Shown here: positions 61,470 to 64,000 of the stretch, piece by piece
Position numbering within the stretch: position 1 is the first letter of the stretch
How the letters are laid out: the number at the start of each line of letters is the position of its first letter
Notes under the pieces: model-generated
The model's database searches: none
Seen by the model: only the letters and a program-made list of their open reading frames with translations
What the model was told of the DNA's origin: nothing
DNA from: Comamonas sp.
Lineage (GTDB): Bacteria; Pseudomonadota; Gammaproteobacteria; Burkholderiales; Burkholderiaceae_C
DNA: 64,000 nucleotides
Direction of reading: 5' to 3'
Assembly: GCA_047606565.1 (NCBI GenBank)
Contig: JASGEH010000069.1
Span: 23,188 to 87,187 of the forward strand
Program-made: the position numbers and the translations under genes

Positions 61470-62705
61470 TCAGGAAATCCTGCGCAAGATGCCGGGCTGG
61501 CGCAGTTCGGCCAGGCATCGGACGCCGAGCAAGGCCATGTCGCGGGATATCTCGGCCTTGAGCAGGTCGATGGCATGGCAAACGCCGGCGTGTCCGCCAA
61601 TCGCGGCCGCGTAGGCAAAAGGCCGGCCAACCAGCACACCGTCGGCGCCCAGGGCGATGGCCTTGAGCACGTCCGTGCCCCGTCGCACGCCACCGTCGAG
61701 CAGGAGCGGCAGGCCGGGCACCGCGCGGGCGACATCCGGCAGTGCGTGCAAGGAGGCCAGGGCCCCGTCGAGCTGGCGGCCGCCATGGTTGGAGACGACG
61801 AGGGCATCGGCGCCCGTATCGCGCGCCAGGCGTGCATCGTCGGGATGCAGGATGCCCTTGACGATCAAATCGCCCTTCCACATCCGACGGATCGCCGACA
61901 GATGCGTCCAGCTCAGGTGGCCCCGGTCCGAGAAATCGCGCAGGACGTTGGGCGAGAGGATCGGTGCGCCTCGGGTCGCATAGTTGTTCTCGAAATGCGG
62001 CATACCGTGCCGCATCAGGGTTTTCAGGAAGGTGCCGAAAAGCCACCGGGGATGCGCCAGTCCCTCGGCCACCAGTCTCAGGCTGGGCCTCAGGGGCGTC
62101 GAGAATCCGGCACGCACGTTGTTTTCGCGGTTCGCCGCGACCGGGGTGTCGATGGTGACCATCAAGGTCCGGTAGCCCGCTTGCGCCACCCGGCTGATCA
62201 ACGCTTCGATCTGCCCCGGGTCGCCCGGCAGATAGGCCTGGAACCATGCGCCTGGGCTGGCGCGGGCGACGTCCTCGAGAGGGATGAGCGACGAGCCGCT
62301 CATGGCCATCGGGATGTGCTGCGCGGCCGCGGCCCGGGCCAGCACCACATCGCCCCGGTAAGCCGACAGGGCACTCAAGCCGAGCGGCGCGATGCCAAAG
62401 GGACTGGCATAGGTCTGCCCCAGGAAGCGCAGGGACGTGTCGCGCGCGGAAACGTCCACCAGTCCCCGCGTGACGAAAGCGTGCGCACGATAGGCCTCGG
62501 CATTGGCCGACAGGGTGTGATTGCGTTCAGCCCCGCCCCGGATGTACGCGAAAACCGGGCCGGGAAGGTGCCGACGGGCCTGGGCCTCGAAGTCATCGAG
62601 GCAGAGCACGGGCCTCAGCCGCCGCGCGTACCTCGCGACCGGCGCGGGCAGGTCGTGGCCGGTCTGCGGCAGGCTGGGTGTTGCCAGCGTGGCCTTGTCA
62701 TGCAT
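61470..62705 (-). CDS. FMN-dependent alpha-hydroxy-acid dehydrogenase/oxidase (LldD/mandelate dehydrogenase-like)
   Basis: …VSNHGGRQLDG… and …DGGVRRGTDVLKAIALGA… are family signatures. Confidence 0.85.
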   Translation of the reverse strand: MHDKATLATPSLPQTGHDLPAPVARYARRLRPVLCLDDFEAQARRHLPGPVFAYIRGGAERNHTLSANAEAYRAHAFVTRGLVDVSARDTSLRFLGQTYASPFGIAPLGLSALSAYRGDVVLARAAAAQHIPMAMSGSSLIPLEDVARASPGAWFQAYLPGDPGQIEALISRVAQAGYRTLMVTIDTPVAANRENNVRAGFSTPLRPSLRLVAEGLAHPRWLFGTFLKTLMRHGMPHFENNYATRGAPILSPNVLRDFSDRGHLSWTHLSAIRRMWKGDLIVKGILHPDDARLARDTGADALVVSNHGGRQLDGALASLHALPDVARAVPGLPLLLDGGVRRGTDVLKAIALGADGVLVGRPFAYAAAIGGHAGVCHAIDLLKAEISRDMALLGVRCLAELRQPGILRRIS

Positions 62706-62719
62706 GATTCACCCGCTTC

Positions 62720-63712
62720 CTATTGTTCGAGCGTGGCGCCGGTGAGCTTCACCAGGCCATCGTAGCGCTGCAGTTCGGCCTGCCAGAAGGCAGCGAATTC
62801 TTCTGGCGTTCCCCCCTTGCCTTCGGCGCCGATGGCGGCCAGCCGCCGCGTCAGCACACCAGAGCGCAGCGAACGGTTGATGGCGGCATTGAGCTTCGCC
62901 ACCACCTGCCTCGATGTTGCCGCAGGAGCCGCCACGCCGTACCAGGCGCTCATGCGGACGCCCGGGATGCCAACCTCGTCGAATGTCGGAACCTCCGGGA
63001 ACAGCGCCATGCGCTTGTCCGATGCCACGCCGATGGCGCGCACCTTGCCGCCCTGCACATAGGGCACGGCGCCGGTATCGAACATGTAAGCCAGTTGACC
63101 GCCCATCACATCGACGATGGCCGGCCCGCTGCCCTTATAGGGAATATGGGCGACGTCGATCTTGGCCACCGACTTGAAAAGCTCGCCGGCCAGGTGGGAC
63201 GAGGAACCGACACCGCCCGACCCATACGACAAGCGGCCGGGTTCGGCGCGGGCCTGTTTCATCACATCCTGCGGCGACCTGAACGGCGAGTTCGCGGGCA
63301 CCACCATGATGCTGGGAATGGCCGCGACCGCCGCCACGGGCGTGAAATCCTTGATGGGCTCGAAGCCCAGCGCCTTGTAGAGCCAGGGATTGGCGGCGTT
63401 CGTCGAACTGGTCGCCAGGAAGATGGTGTAGCCATCGGGCGCGGCGCGCACGAACTGCCGGGTTCCGATGTTGCCGCCCGCGCCCGCGATGTTCTCGACA
63501 TAGACCGACTGCCCGATCTCGGCCGTCAGCGCCTGGGCAATCGCCCGCCCCACGGCATCGGCGGCGCCGCCCGCCGGCCACGGCACGACCATGCGGATGG
63601 CTTTGTCAGGGTAGCCCTCCGCCTGCTGCGCCTGGACGCCCGCTGCCAGAAGGCAGCCCAAAACAGCCAGCACCCAGCCGCCGACCCGGTTCGAAATACG
63701 CATTCTGTCCAT
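62720..63712 (-). CDS. Bug-family (TctC-like) tripartite tricarboxylate transporter substrate-binding protein
   Basis: Signal peptide, then …YPDKAIRMVVPWPAGGAADAVGRAIAQAL…VENIAGAGGNIG…, the classic Bug family N-terminus. Confidence 0.85.
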   Translation of the reverse strand: MDRMRISNRVGGWVLAVLGCLLAAGVQAQQAEGYPDKAIRMVVPWPAGGAADAVGRAIAQALTAEIGQSVYVENIAGAGGNIGTRQFVRAAPDGYTIFLATSSTNAANPWLYKALGFEPIKDFTPVAAVAAIPSIMVVPANSPFRSPQDVMKQARAEPGRLSYGSGGVGSSSHLAGELFKSVAKIDVAHIPYKGSGPAIVDVMGGQLAYMFDTGAVPYVQGGKVRAIGVASDKRMALFPEVPTFDEVGIPGVRMSAWYGVAAPAATSRQVVAKLNAAINRSLRSGVLTRRLAAIGAEGKGGTPEEFAAFWQAELQRYDGLVKLTGATLEQ

Positions 63713-63903
63713 GTTGTCTCCTGTTTTATCGATAAGGGAATCAAGCCGTCATGGGAAGCGAGTCTGCGTTTTTCACGACGGCTCAGAAAGCATGGAATCT
63801 TTCTTTTGAACGATAAAATTTCCCACTTCCCATTGCAGTCACACAGCCGGATTTCGCAACCTCCCGAAGGCATGCTCTCCATCCCTTCACTTCAGAATTC
63901 ATA

Positions 63904-64000
63904 GTGAACACGCTTTACCTGGAAAGCTTCATCTCCATCGTGGAATCGGGCTCCCTGGCCGAGGCCGCACGCCGCCTGGACCTCACGCCAGCCGCGCTGG
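63904..64000 (+). CDS. LysR-family transcriptional regulator, N-terminal fragment (runs off the window)
   Basis: My own translation from GTG 63904 gives VNTLYLESFISIVESGSLAEAARRLDLTPAAL, a LysR-type HTH. It diverges from the Bug-family gene. Confidence 0.6.
   Translation, partial: MNTLYLESFISIVESGSLAEAARRLDLTPAAL

Overview
High-GC betaproteobacterial-type chromosome (Comamonadaceae-like by composition; taxon not verifiable here). It carries one complete Mu-like transposable prophage of 38,785 bp at 2209..40993. I could place both prophage ends at base-pair level: termini are 5'-TGAAG...CTTCA-3', each has two subterminal GAGATA(A/T)3 motifs, and the host hexamer ACTACA flanks both sides as a direct repeat.

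The prophage has two divergent arms.
- Minus-strand late arm, 27770 down to 2380: lysis cassette, TraR, DUF2730, terminase, portal, Mu F/G/I/T-like head genes, a siphovirus lambda-like tail with tape measure, DUF1833, NlpC/P60, gpI-like and J-like proteins, and a -1 frameshifting tail chaperone.
- Plus-strand early arm, 31717..40865: Ner, HTH proteins, DUF3102, DDE transposase, MuB-like ATPase, DUF3164, HU, GemA, Mor.

Between the arms, directly downstream of and co-directional with the XRE-type repressor (31145..31618), lie five accessory genes at 27860..31076. They encode a membrane protein that shares a peptide motif with the repressor tail, a T4 Imm-like membrane domain fused to two zinc ribbons, a lipoprotein, and a clearly lower-GC, tightly coupled pair (a 294-aa soluble DUF4747-like protein plus a 196-aa multi-TM protein). 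I consider that pair the best candidate in the window for an uncharacterised prophage-encoded defence or exclusion system.

Host flanks:
- Left: HtrA-family protease and an EamA transporter.
- Right: a Fur-box-preceded TonB-dependent siderophore receptor with an ABC uptake operon, an RpiR regulator, a decayed BrnT/intact BrnA pair, lolCD, recJ, EamA/TetR/DUF2335 genes, an SsuA-like binding protein, an MscS-like channel, a DUF1016 nuclease, radA, an RraA-like protein, an FMN-dependent dehydrogenase, a Bug/TctC binding protein, and the start of a LysR regulator.

I recognised no rRNA, tRNA or CRISPR array. All family names come from motif and architecture recognition by eye and need confirmation by HMM or structure search.
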